Assembly: GCA_965228855.1 (NCBI GenBank)
Contig: CBDDIJ010000003.1
Span: 1,472,001-1,536,000 of the forward strand
Direction: 5' to 3'
Length of the DNA stretch: 64,000 bases
DNA from: Candidatus Obscuribacterales bacterium
GTDB lineage: Bacteria > Cyanobacteriota > Vampirovibrionia > Obscuribacterales > Obscuribacteraceae
Positions 1 through 11,200 of the stretch are shown piece after piece (positions within the stretch are counted from its first letter, which is position 1; every line of letters begins with the position of its first letter). The translations under genes were made by a program, and so were the position numbers. The notes beneath the pieces were generated by a model that was not told the origin of the DNA, searched no databases, and worked only from the letters and a program-made list of their open reading frames with translations.

Positions 1-655
1 GGATATCGTTTACCAGCTTGAGTAAGCGACTGGTGTTTCGACCTGCCATTTCCACTAGTTTGGATGAGTCCGCCGTGAGCGGGCCTCCGGTTCCCTCCGC
101 CAACAAAGCCAGGGCTGTTCGCACCGAGGATAGTGGCGTTCTGAGCTCATGGGAAATCTTCGAATAGAACTCGGAGATTGCCTTCTCAGCTTCCTTTCTA
201 GCCGTTATGTCGTTCTGAACACCAATAAAATTGATCAAGCCGCCTGACTCGTCATGCACCGGTGAGACCGTGAGTTCATTCCAGAAAAGGGTATGGTTCT
301 TTCTGTAGTTTCTCAAAACAACCGTGATGGACTCTTGTTTCTGGATTGCTTCCCTCAACTGTTGCAGACCTTCTTGATCGCGATCATCACCTTGCAAGAA
401 TCGGCAGTTGTGACCGATTACTTCTTCGCGGGTGTAGCCTGACATATCAAGGAAGCTTGGGTTCACATAAATGATTGGGTTATCGACTTGATGTGGATCG
501 GTTATCACTATGCCGTTTCTCGCGCATGATATTGCGCGCTCCAGAATCATCATTTTGTCTCGAGAATTTTTTACATCTTCCAAGATTGGTGCACAGGTCG
601 ATTCAGAGCCTTTGGTCCCGCTGCGTATGCGTCCTCTGCGTTTTTCTTCGGTCAT
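1..655 (-). CDS. LOV-domain (blue-light) sensor histidine kinase, 3' end outside window
   Basis: Manual translation from ATG 655 gives ...GIVITDPHQVDNPIIYVNPSFLDMSGYTREEVIGHNCRFLQG...LRNYRKNHTLFWNELTVSPV...FIGVQNDIT, then the HisKA motif SHELRTPL. GHNCRFLQ is at 392-415 and the His codon at 149-151. Not in the ORF track because no stop lies in the window. Confidence 0.95.
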   Translation of the reverse strand, partial: MTEEKRRGRIRSGTKGSESTCAPILEDVKNSRDKMMILERAISCARNGIVITDPHQVDNPIIYVNPSFLDMSGYTREEVIGHNCRFLQGDDRDQEGLQQLREAIQKQESITVVLRNYRKNHTLFWNELTVSPVHDESGGLINFIGVQNDITARKEAEKAISEFYSKISHELRTPLSSVRTALALLAEGTGGPLTADSSKLVEMAGRNTSRLLKLVNDI

Positions 656-686
656 TAGCAATGCACTCGTACGAAATTCTGCCGTG

Positions 687-1466
687 TCACTTGGATGCAA
701 CTCGTGGGCGCAAGTTCGAAAGACCGCCATCGATTCTGAATATTTGGCCGGTGACCCAAGAATTTTCTTCGGACAGCAGCCATGTTATTGCTGAGGCGAC
801 ATACTCAGGTGTGCCCACGCGTCCGAGTGCGTGCATATCATCAGAAGATCGCCTTGCCGACTCGGCCGAGAGCAAGTGTCGTGTCAACTTTGTCTCAATC
901 AAGCCCGGCGCGACACAATTAACGCGGATGTTTCGCCGCGCATAAGACGCAGCCGCCGCGACTGCGAGCCCTTCGATACCTGCTTTAGCTGCCGAGATAG
1001 CCTCATGTGAAGCCAGTCCGACCGTTGCCGCAGCCGATGACAGAAGAACTATTGAACCACCTCCTCGCATCATAGCTCCTGCTGCCGCTCTCACTATCTT
1101 AAAGCTCGAGGTCAAATTCACGTCGATGACGGACTGCCACTCTTGATCGGTAATAAGATGCGCAGGTTTCAACAACAATGAGCCAATGCAGTTGACGACG
1201 CCGTCGACGCGTCCGTATTTTTCGAACGTCTGACTGATGCACGCATCTATGGAACCTTGCTCAGCAACATCGACCTGGTGTCCGTCCACACTCATGTCCC
1301 TGATGCACTGATCGAGAGAGGCTTTGTTCCTCCCGGTGACAACTACTGTGCAGCCGACGCTGACTAGATTCTTCGAGACCGCAGACCCGATACCGCCTGT
1401 GCCACCAAAAACGATAAATACCTTCTCTTTGGACCGCGACTGTTCATCCAGTGCCATCTGTTTCAC
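687..1466 (-). CDS. Short-chain dehydrogenase/reductase (SDR family)
   Basis: GGTGGIG Rossmann motif, DGVVNCIG, IRVNCVAPG and the typical C-terminus VTGQIFRIDGG. Confidence 0.93.
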   Translation of the reverse strand: MKQMALDEQSRSKEKVFIVFGGTGGIGSAVSKNLVSVGCTVVVTGRNKASLDQCIRDMSVDGHQVDVAEQGSIDACISQTFEKYGRVDGVVNCIGSLLLKPAHLITDQEWQSVIDVNLTSSFKIVRAAAGAMMRGGGSIVLLSSAAATVGLASHEAISAAKAGIEGLAVAAAASYARRNIRVNCVAPGLIETKLTRHLLSAESARRSSDDMHALGRVGTPEYVASAITWLLSEENSWVTGQIFRIDGGLSNLRPRVASK

Positions 1467-1505
1467 CCCCAGATTCCTTCTAATCTTATATCAGCTCGTC
1501 GACGC

Positions 1506-2138
1506 CTAGCTAAATGCGTCTTTCAGCGCGGCTCTAGCGGCCAGATGCTTTCTGGTTTCGTTTAACAGCCTGTATTCATTTTGCAGACGCTCAATCGTCG
1601 TCTCCACTTCCAGAAGGCGTTGTTGCTCAGCCGGTGAACCATATAGTCTTGCCGGCACCCAGTAGGATAGCTCAGTCGGATCATCGGGGCAGTCACTAAC
1701 CACATCAATCGGAACCCCTTGCAGCTTAGATGAAAGGCGTGCGATGTCATCCAGGGCGGTACGGACTTCACGAGCGACCTCGAAGCAATCAATATTTGGC
1801 TCGCAATCGGTGATTCGATGGACGCGAGCCTGCCTGTAAGGTCTGCCGTCTACCAGACTCAATAAGGAAAACCGATCGCATCCTCGAACAATTATGTTCA
1901 TGCGCCCGTCAGGGAGCTTCGTCAGGTCCACTATCCTGGCAAGGCAGCCCATACCCGATATCGTAGCGCCCTCCTCGATTCGTATGACACCGAAGGTGCC
2001 GCCGGATTTCAAAACATCATGAATCATTTCCCGATATCGGTTCTCAAAAATGTGCAGAGGCAAATCTATAAACGGGAAAAGAACCACAGGTAGTGGAAAG
2101 ATCGGAACCACAAGCGACCGATTTATTGACTTGTTCAT
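1506..2138 (-). CDS. Stand-alone Lon protease N-terminal (substrate-binding) domain protein
   Basis: PIFPLPVVLFP...PLHIFENRYREMI...FGVI...GCLARI...LPDGR...RF motifs with no ATPase or protease domain. ATG 2138 follows a GAGGAAG RBS. Confidence 0.9.
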   Translation of the reverse strand: MNKSINRSLVVPIFPLPVVLFPFIDLPLHIFENRYREMIHDVLKSGGTFGVIRIEEGATISGMGCLARIVDLTKLPDGRMNIIVRGCDRFSLLSLVDGRPYRQARVHRITDCEPNIDCFEVAREVRTALDDIARLSSKLQGVPIDVVSDCPDDPTELSYWVPARLYGSPAEQQRLLEVETTIERLQNEYRLLNETRKHLAARAALKDAFS

Positions 2139-2213
2139 TGCTACTTCCTCAGGGCACCCTCTTCTATCATGAATCTTTCCGCTGAACATTCTGTGAACGA
2201 GATTCACAAAACT

Positions 2214-2247
2214 TTCGGAGCACCATCGATATCGACGGTGCTCCGAG
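2214..2247 (-). terminator. Probable intrinsic terminator of the giant gene
   Basis: Stem TCGGAGCACC/GGTGCTCCGA about 27 nt after the stop codon, followed by a short T-run on the minus strand. Confidence 0.65.
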
Positions 2248-2273
2248 AAGGTTTTGGTTTTTAGATGATTAGC

Positions 2274-5200
2274 TTACTTGGCCATTGCGGTCATCGCCGG
2301 CTTGAAGTAGTGCTGGAACTCACCTTTTCCGCCCATGTGGAGGAGGATTGCGGTGGTCTTCATCATCTTGTTAGCGACTTGTTTCGCTTGCGGGTGCTTC
2401 GAGCACATTACGAGTTGGAGCGGTTTGATGCTGCTGATTGCAGATGCTACCGAGAACTCGGAGGTGTGAGCTTTGACACCAGCTTTGATTGTCTTGGTTG
2501 CAACGTTGCGGTGCGGGATTGCTTCGATTGCGTTGACTTGAGCAAACTCACCGGCTGTTGCGTGAGCAACGGTAACGTGGTTACCAGGTGCGAGGGTGAT
2601 GGTCTGACCGTGTGCGTTGACCGATACCGAACCCTTGTGGCTGTCTTCGATGTCATAGACGGCGAGCTTATCGTTGCTGATTGAAACGAGAGCTACCGAC
2701 TTGGCTTCGATGGTGACGTTGCCGTGTGGGGTTTCGACAACAGTGTCTTGGAACGGAACGAAGAGAACGTTGCCTTTCTTCAGTACGACACGGTTGCTGT
2801 GTGCGGTCTTCGCTACTTCGTTGCCGCTGACGCCGAGTTCGACGTCGGAGCAGATTGAAGCGTCAGCTTGAGCTGTCGGTCCGTAGCCGCCGACCATGTA
2901 GGAGTTGTCTTCACCAGTGGTGGCGACTCCGCCGACGAGGGTCGTGTCTGCAGCGGTCACGGTGGAACCGGCTCCGTTGCCGACACCAGCCGCGGTGGCT
3001 GTAGCGTTGAGGTCAGTACCGATAGCAGTGTTGGCCATCACGCCAGCATTGCTGTTGAACATGGTGTTGAGCATGGTGTTAGCGAAGGTAGCTTCCGTGC
3101 TCGATGCGGTGTTGGTGGTGAGACCATCATTCGCTTTGTTCGCAACTGTCTCGAAGCTGCCGCCGTTAGGGAGGTAAGCATTCGTGGTTGCTGCTTCACC
3201 GGCTACGCTCGGCGGGTCAGCCTGGATCAGCACGTTGCCTTCGAGAATGATGTTTTTGTTCTTGAGGGTGTTGCTGATGAAGACAGTTGCGTTGTCTGCG
3301 GTGATGGTGTTAGCCGGGTCGCCATTTCTACCTGCGTAGAACGGTTTAGCCGATTTACCACCCTGAATAACTCCACCGTTGATTGCGTTATAGGTAACGT
3401 TTCTCGGTGGGTTGGTGAGGGTTCTCACTCTGGTGGTCAATTCGCCCATCTGGATGGTCACGTTGCCGCCTGGTTTGACTGCTGCGTTACCGATGATTTG
3501 AGCGCCGTCACCGAAGGTGATGAATGTACTTTGCTTCGAGCCACCGTTGATAGCGTTGCCGATGAAGACATTGCCGTTGGAACCGGGGCTGTTGGCTTGA
3601 ACCGTTACGCCGTCGTTGATTCTCAGTGTGCCGGATCCACCAGTGATGTTGATGTTGCCGTCTACGTTGGTCACGTTGCCGATAACGGTGAGCGGACCAT
3701 TAGCCGAGAAGAACAGGTCGTTCGTCGCAGTCGAAGCTCCGAGGTTGACTCCGCCGGTTGCGAGGCTGGTTACGAAAGCCGAGTCTCCACCGTTGGTTGC
3801 GGTATCGATTCTGATTTCGCCCACTCCAGCGCCGACCTGGAATGCGGTACCGGTCGAACCGATATCAGCATTGTTGGAAGTGCGGAGGGTGAGGAGAGGA
3901 GTTACGAGGTTAGCTGCTGCGACCTGTGTATTGGTCAGGTCGGTTCCGCTGGTCAAACCGATTGAGGTCGAACCGTTGAGCACGCCGGTGACGTTGAAGG
4001 CACCGTCAGTTCTGAGTTCGATGACGCCAGCGGTTTGTGCACCGGTAGCCAGGTCGCCAGTGAAGTAGGCGTCGATGGTTCCACCAGTTGCCACCGTGAT
4101 TGCTCCGAGGGTCGAAGCTGCGGTGTTGGTGTTGCGGATGAAGGCATCACCGACTGCGGTACCGGTCACGGTGTTGGCGTTGACGGTGAAGCGGTTAGCT
4201 GCGTCCACACCGATGTCGCTGCTCGAGGTGAGGGTGACGACATCACCGGTTACGGTTCCTGCGGTTCCGGTATTGAGGTTAGCCACGAGGGTCACGTCTC
4301 CACCGTTGTTGGTGTCGATTGAATCGAATGTGACGCTTCCGCCGAGGTTAGCTCCTGCCGTGAAGGTTCCGGTGACAATTCCGTTGAACACGGTGATGCC
4401 GGCGCCGTTCGAAGGAGTAGCCGTCGAGATGGTTGCATTACCACCAGCGATGGTTCCGTTCAGGTTGACTGCGCCGAGGTCGATAGCGCCTTCAGCAATC
4501 ACCTGGAGATTACCGCCGTTGTCACCATTCGAAGTGATATCACCGATGGTGATGTTGCCGGCTGCTGAGCCGCCTCCGTTGGCCACTGCGACTACGTTGC
4601 CACCACTGCTGCCTGCGCTGCCGTTGGTGATGACGTTGAGTCCGCCGAGGTTGATGTTGCCGCCCGAGGCGCTGTAACCAGAGATGGTGTATTCAACGTT
4701 GCCGTTGGTGACTTGACCCGGTGTAGCCGGTGTGAAGTCGTAGCCTGCCATCAAGGTGAGGTTGCCGCCGTTGCCGGATGAGTTGGTCAGGTTGATGACC
4801 GTAGCACCTGCAGCGTTGATCGAGCCCGAAGCGAGAATCGCGAGGTCTTGACCGTTATATATGATGTCTCCGAGGAGGTTGACGTCACCGGTGCTGTTAG
4901 CGATGGTGCCGTTGCCGCATGGGTTGTTCCAGACGAGTGGGTTGCCCACGAGGATGCCCTGGAGAATCAGGTTGCAGGTGTTGACGGTGAGCTGTTGCTG
5001 ACCGATTACGTTCGCTCCGGTGCTGATGACAATCATGTCGGTTCCGTTGAGAGCCGAGAGTTCAGCAATCGAGGTGAAGGTCGTGTTGCCGTTCAGTACC
5101 AGGTTGTCCAGGGTGGCGTTGAAGAACACACCGTTGGTCGCGCCGTACTGAGCGACGTTGACGCCCGCGCCGCCATTGACTGTCAGACCCTGACCAGCTT

Positions 5201-8200
5201 CGCTCGAAACCGTGATCATGTTTGCATTGACTGCAAATCCGGAGTTGGTGAGAGTGTTGGTGGTCAACTGGAGGTCGCCGGTGGTGGTGAGGTCAGCACC
5301 GATGGTGATGCCGCCAGCGCCGTTTGTGATGGTCAAGCTCTGTGCTGCGCCTACCGTTCCGATTGTCAGTGCGTTTGCACCGTTATCGAGGAAGACGTTA
5401 CCTGCGCCAGAAGCGTTCAACGTCGAGACGTTATTGGCTACCTGGTCGAGGTCCGCGGTTGCATCTACGTCGAGGTTCAACGTGGTTGCGGTGATCGAGC
5501 TGGTTGCGTTCTGAGTCACGTTGCCGCCAGCAGCGGTGAGGTTCAAGGTGGTTGCGCTTACGGCTCCACCGTTGAGGTTGATGTCGTTAGAACCACCGGC
5601 TGTGAGGCTCAAGGTGTTGAGTCCGGTGAGTGCTGCAGCCGTTGTGATGTCACCGTTAAGTGCAGTCACCGACAGGCTCGCTACGTCTTGTCCGTTGAGA
5701 ACGATGTCACCGGTGTTGATGATGGTGAGGTCGCCACCGGCATTGTTGGTGGTGAGGCTCGCCACGTTGGTTCCTAGGACTGTCGGTCCGAGGTTGCCGA
5801 AGTTGAGGGTGAGTGCTCCACCGTTGATGACTGTTCCGATTGCAGGAACGATTGCATCGTTTGCAGTCAGGACGATCGTGGTGGAACCGGTCACATCAGC
5901 TCCGAGGTTCAGGTCGCTTCCGAGTCCGCCTGCGTTGAGATTCAAGTTGGCGAAGCTGAGCGGAACGGTCGTATCGATAGAACCGTTGGTCGTATTGACC
6001 GTCAGGTCGGTACCGAGGTTAGCGCCGAGGGTGATGGCGTTAGCTTCGTTGACCGTCAGGCTGGTGCCGTTGACGATGCTGTCGAGGCTAGCGACATCGG
6101 TGGTGAGAGTCGCTGCTCCGGTGTTGAACGCCACTCCGAGGTCTCCACCGAAGATGGTGCCAGCCACTTGAGTGAGTCCGCCGTCCGAGACGAGGTCTAC
6201 AGAGGTTGTACCGGTGACATCAGCGCTCAAGAAGATCAAACCGCCCGAGCCGATTCCGGTGGAAATATCAGTGACATCACCCGAGACAGCCGCGTTGACG
6301 ATTACGTCACCGGCGTCAGATGTGAGGGTCGCGTTACCGGTAGCGGTTACCGACGAGGTGATGGTGAGATCACCAGCCGTAGCCGTGAGGGTCGCGTTGG
6401 TCGCATTTACTGTGTTGTCTACATCGAGAGTTGCACCCGAGAGAACTACGTCATTAGCAACGATTGCCGAAGCGAGGTCCAGAGTGCCGGTGGTCGAGAC
6501 GTTGAGGTCTTGAGCCGCGTTGCTCGTAGCTGTCAGAGTCAGAGCTACGCTGTCAACGAAGGTTACCGATGCAGCGCCAGCAGCGTTCACATTGAGCGCA
6601 TCAACGCTGTTGAGTGCGTTGCTCAAGTTGACCGTGCCACCGTTGGTGAGGTTGAGGTTCAAGATGTCAGCATCAACGTTTGCGGTTTGAGAGACACCGC
6701 CACCGTTGGTGGTGATGGTGATAGCTCCACCGATTGCGTTCGCTGTTACGACGCCATCTATAAAGATGTTGCCGAACGACGAGTTGGTTGCGAGGTTGAC
6801 GCTTGCGCCAGTCACAGGTCCGCTGATAACAACGTTGCCCATGATGGTGGCAGCTAGCGACACAGTCGCATCACTGATGATTGAACCGTTGACCGCTACT
6901 CCGGCTGCGCCGTTAGCAGTGACGTTGCTTGAAGCATCGATGTCGCCGTTGACGGTGACGAGCGAGCCATTCAGGTCGAGCAAGCCGTAGGTATGGGCGC
7001 CAGCTCCGACCGCAATGTTCGCGTTGTTGGTGATGCTCACGCTGACATCGTTGCTACCTGCGTTTGAGGTGAGGGTGATGCTGGCATGGTTATCGGTTAG
7101 TTCGACGTAGCCTGATCCGCTGCCGTACGAGGTTACGTTGAGGTTGCTGATCGCGCTGGTGTCGACTATCGCTGAGCCATCACCCACAGTGAACGAAACA
7201 GAGTTCGCTGTCAGGTCGGCGATGGAGGTTGTGTCAAATCCGCCACTGGAGCTGGTGATGGCGACGTTACCGTTGCCAGCGTTGATGGTTCCAGCCAGGA
7301 GTTCCCCGAGTGATGCCGCGCCGACTGCGAATCCACCTTGAAGTAGTTCGCCGTTGCCGACTTGAGTCGAAGGACCAGGAGCGAGAAACGCTTGAGCAAC
7401 TGCGAGCGTGACGTCACCGCCGGTTCCGTTGGTTCCGGTCGTGTTGACAGTGCCATTCAGGTGGATGTCGCTTTCGCCGATGATGGTCACAGCACCGCCG
7501 TTGTTGTCACCAGTTGTGGTGATGGCTTCAGTGGTGATGGTTCCGGCGTTGGTCAGACCACCGTTTGCCACGAGGGTGACACTACCACCGTTGCCGCCTG
7601 CGAAGGTCGAGCCGGTGTTGATGGTGAGTCCGGTGAAGTCGATGTTACCGCCTGAGGTCGAAGTACCAGTGATGGTGAACAGCGTGGGCGAGAAGTTGAC
7701 TTGACCACCGGTTGCCGGGGTGAAGTCGAAGCCTGCAACGACCAGGAGGTCGCCACCGTCGCCGGTGCTGCTGCTCAGATTGATAGAAGTGTTGGTTCCA
7801 GCGAGGACGTTGCCTTGAGCGAGGATCGCGAGGTCAAGTCCGCTGAAGTTGAGGGCTCCAACTCCGGTCAGGTCAACATTGCCGATCGAGTTGGCGATGG
7901 TGCCGGCGCCGAGTGGGCAGTTGAAGTTGATGATCGGAGCCGTGAGAGATCCGAGAAGAACCAGGTTGCAAGTGTTGAGATCGAGCGTTCCGGTTACAGT
8001 CACGTCTGCACCGAGTCCGATTACAACTGCGAAGTTGGTTGCGGAGGTGAATGCCGTGTCAGGAGCGTCGAAGGTTTGTTCACCGAGGAAGGTGGCGTCG
8101 CCGCCAGTACCTGTGACTTCGATTACTCCGGTCGCGGTGATCAATCCGCCAGGACCAGCCGAGCCATCCACGGTCACGCCGTTACCAGCGAAGCTCTGGA

Positions 8201-11200
8201 TGTAAACGTTGGCACCGGTGATCGAGTTGGTGTTCTCAAGCACATTGGTGGTGATGAAGATATCGCCGAGCGATGTGATGTCACCATTGGTGGTGAACGG
8301 ACTCGATTTGACACCGATACTGATTCCGGCGTCAGCGGAGATATTTCCGTTTGCCGTTACCGATTCACCTGTGAGGACCAAACCGCCTGTCAGGTCAATA
8401 GGAGCATTGATGGTCAAGTTGTTGAGCGCATTTAAGCTCAGGCTCTGAGCTCCGGTTGCGGAGATGTCGGTGCCTGCCGTGAGGATGACATCGAAGCCAT
8501 CGATTTGAGTGTCGACGCCGTTCAAGGAGATGGAACCGTTGGTCGCTTCGACAGATACGTTACCGAGCGTGCCAATTGCGTTGATTCCAGGATTGAAGAC
8601 GACGTTGGTTACTGCCAGAACGTTGATGTCGCTCAAACCGCTGAGAGCGTCATTGAGGACAACTTCGCCGGTAGTAGCGGTGATGTTCATGACACCGGTA
8701 CTGATGACGTCGCCACCGGTTGTGACGTTGCCACCCGAGATGTCAGTCGTGCCACCAGAGGTGACATTGTTGGTTCCGAACACTACATCGCCAGCGAGTG
8801 AAACGATCGACATGTTACTGCCGCTGCTCACAGCGCCTGCTCCACCGATTAGGATCGAGCCCACTGCGAAGAGGTCGAGTGTGCCAGCAGAGTTTATGCT
8901 CGTACCAGCGAGGGTCGAGATCACATCAGCTGAGTCGATGTCGATGTTGCCACCAGTTGTGGTGAGGCTAGCGTTGATGAGTACGTCAGCTCCACCGACA
9001 CCGTTTTGCGCGATGGTGATATTGCCGCCGGCATTGAGGGCTCCGCCGACTGTGATCGAGTTGGTGCCTGCGTTGGTCAACGAGATGCCACTCGACGTGG
9101 TGACTGCTGCACTGATTGAGATGCCTTCAGCACCGATGCTGTTCTGGATGAGGGTCAACGCACCTATCGACATTGCCGAGTTGACGTCAATTGTGCCGTT
9201 GTTAACCACGAACAGATTTTGGTTTGCTCCGGTTACGGTACCGATCGCAAGGTCACCCGTGTTGTTTTGGATCGCAACTGCACCGTTTGATGTCGAGTTG
9301 AGATTGAGAACGTTGGAGCTGACCACAGTGGTGTTGCCGTCGCCAGCGTTTACGTTCAATGTGTCAGCGGTGAGCGTGCCATTTACATTGATGGTGTCAA
9401 CTGCGGTGAGCGCGCCGAGCAGGGTTGCCGTCGCATCGCCAGCATTGAGGTCGCCGGATACGAGGATGCTGCCTGCCGTTGCGGTTCCGAAGTCGATAGA
9501 GCCGGTTCCAAACATCTCGCCGTTACCGATGAGCACTTGTCCGTTCACTACCGAAGTTCCGACTGCGAGGCTTACATTGCCAGAGCCGATGGCGCTGGAG
9601 TTGATGTTGCCATTAACAGTGATTCCGTTTTCACCGGTCACAGTGACGTTGCCGCCTGCTCCGAGTGCTGCGCTGGTGTCGACATTGTTGAGTTCGACCG
9701 ATCCGCCGCTAGCAGCTGCGAATACATTGCCGCCGTCTCCTAATATTCCGGTTGAGGCAGTCGTGATGTTGGTGGTGCCGAGTTGAATCGAGCCGCCAGT
9801 GCCTGAGTTACCAGTGATTGTGTAGAGGACGCTGTCAGGTCCAACTTGACCCAAGGTTGCGGGTGTGAAGTCGAAGCCTGCGAGGAGCGTGAGTGAACCG
9901 CCGTCGCCGCCTGCATTAGAGAGGTCGATTACGGTGATGCCGTTTTCAATGATGCTGCCGCTCGCGATGATTGCGAGGTCTAGACCAGTGAAGATGAGGT
10001 CGCTTGTGAGCAGAACGTCGCCGTTGCTGTTCGCGATGGTGCCAGCACCGAGCGGGCAGTTGAAGTAGATCGGGTTACCGATCAAGATGCCTGCGAGGTT
10101 CAGGTTGCAGGTGTTCAAGGTGATTGAACCGGTTGCTTCAACGTCAGCCGTTGCAAGAACGTTGATTGCGAAACCGACACCGCTGCTGAATGTCGCATTA
10201 CCAGTGATGTCTTGAATTCCATCGAGGTTGAGGTTCTGGAATGCAGAGAAGTTGGTGCCACCAGCGAATGCGACCCAGTTGCCGCCAGCTCCACCGTCGA
10301 CGGTGAGGTCACCGGTCAACGATTGGATGGTGATGGTCGTTGCAGTCTGAGTGTTCTCGTTGAGAACGTTATCAGCGGTCACTGTGAGGTTGGTTGCTGC
10401 AGCCGAGTCGCCGCCGAATACAAACTGACTGGAGTCAGCAGCGTCGATGACGAGCGAGTTGCCGGTTGAAGCCTGGAGGGTCACGATTCCGGTTTCGTTA
10501 GATGTGATTGAAGCATCCTTGAGACCGACAACAGTGATTGATTGGTCAGCACCGTTATTGGTGGTATCACTGATGGTGACGGTTCCGCCAGCGAGACCGA
10601 TGTAGCCGACGGTCAGGTCAGGAGTCGTGATGGTTCCGCCTGTTTGAAGAATATCGCCGGAAGCGAGGAACGAAGCACTCGTACCAGCAGAGATGTTGAC
10701 GTTCATTCCGATGTTGCCATCAGTTGAGAGCGTTAGCGTATCCAGGTTGAGTGCCTGCGCTACATCGATATCGCCTGCGGTGACTTGACCAGCGCTTACC
10801 GTGAGGTCAGCGATGTTGGTGATGGTACCGATGGTGATTCCGGTTTGTTCGTTGATCGTGAGTGCTCCTCCGACCGAACCGGCCGCAGTCACTGTGTCGA
10901 TTGCAGTCGTGAGAGTCACGTCACCGGTCTGCCACGTGAGATTCAATGTACCTTCGCCACCGAAGACGTTGGCCGCGCCCTGGGTGATCGTGTTGTCAGC
11001 TACGAGATTCGCGACATTTGTCACGTTCACGTTGCTATTGAGGTTGATTGAACCGCCAGTGGCCGTCAGGTTCAGGTTGGTGACGGTGAAGTCGACAGAT
11101 GTTTCGATATCACTTGCAGCCGTGACTGTAAGCGAGTTGAGAACGATTCCGCCGAGAACAATGTCGCCGGTCTGATCGATTGTGAGGCTATTGCCAGCCG

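Noticed and set aside
1955..2235. CCGATATCG(G) at 1955 and 2031 in the Lon-N gene, and TCGATATCGA in the terminator loop, as repeat-family members
   Set aside because: Only the core matches, without the flanking CGT/ACG arms or 32-35 bp phasing. They may be chance and were not counted.
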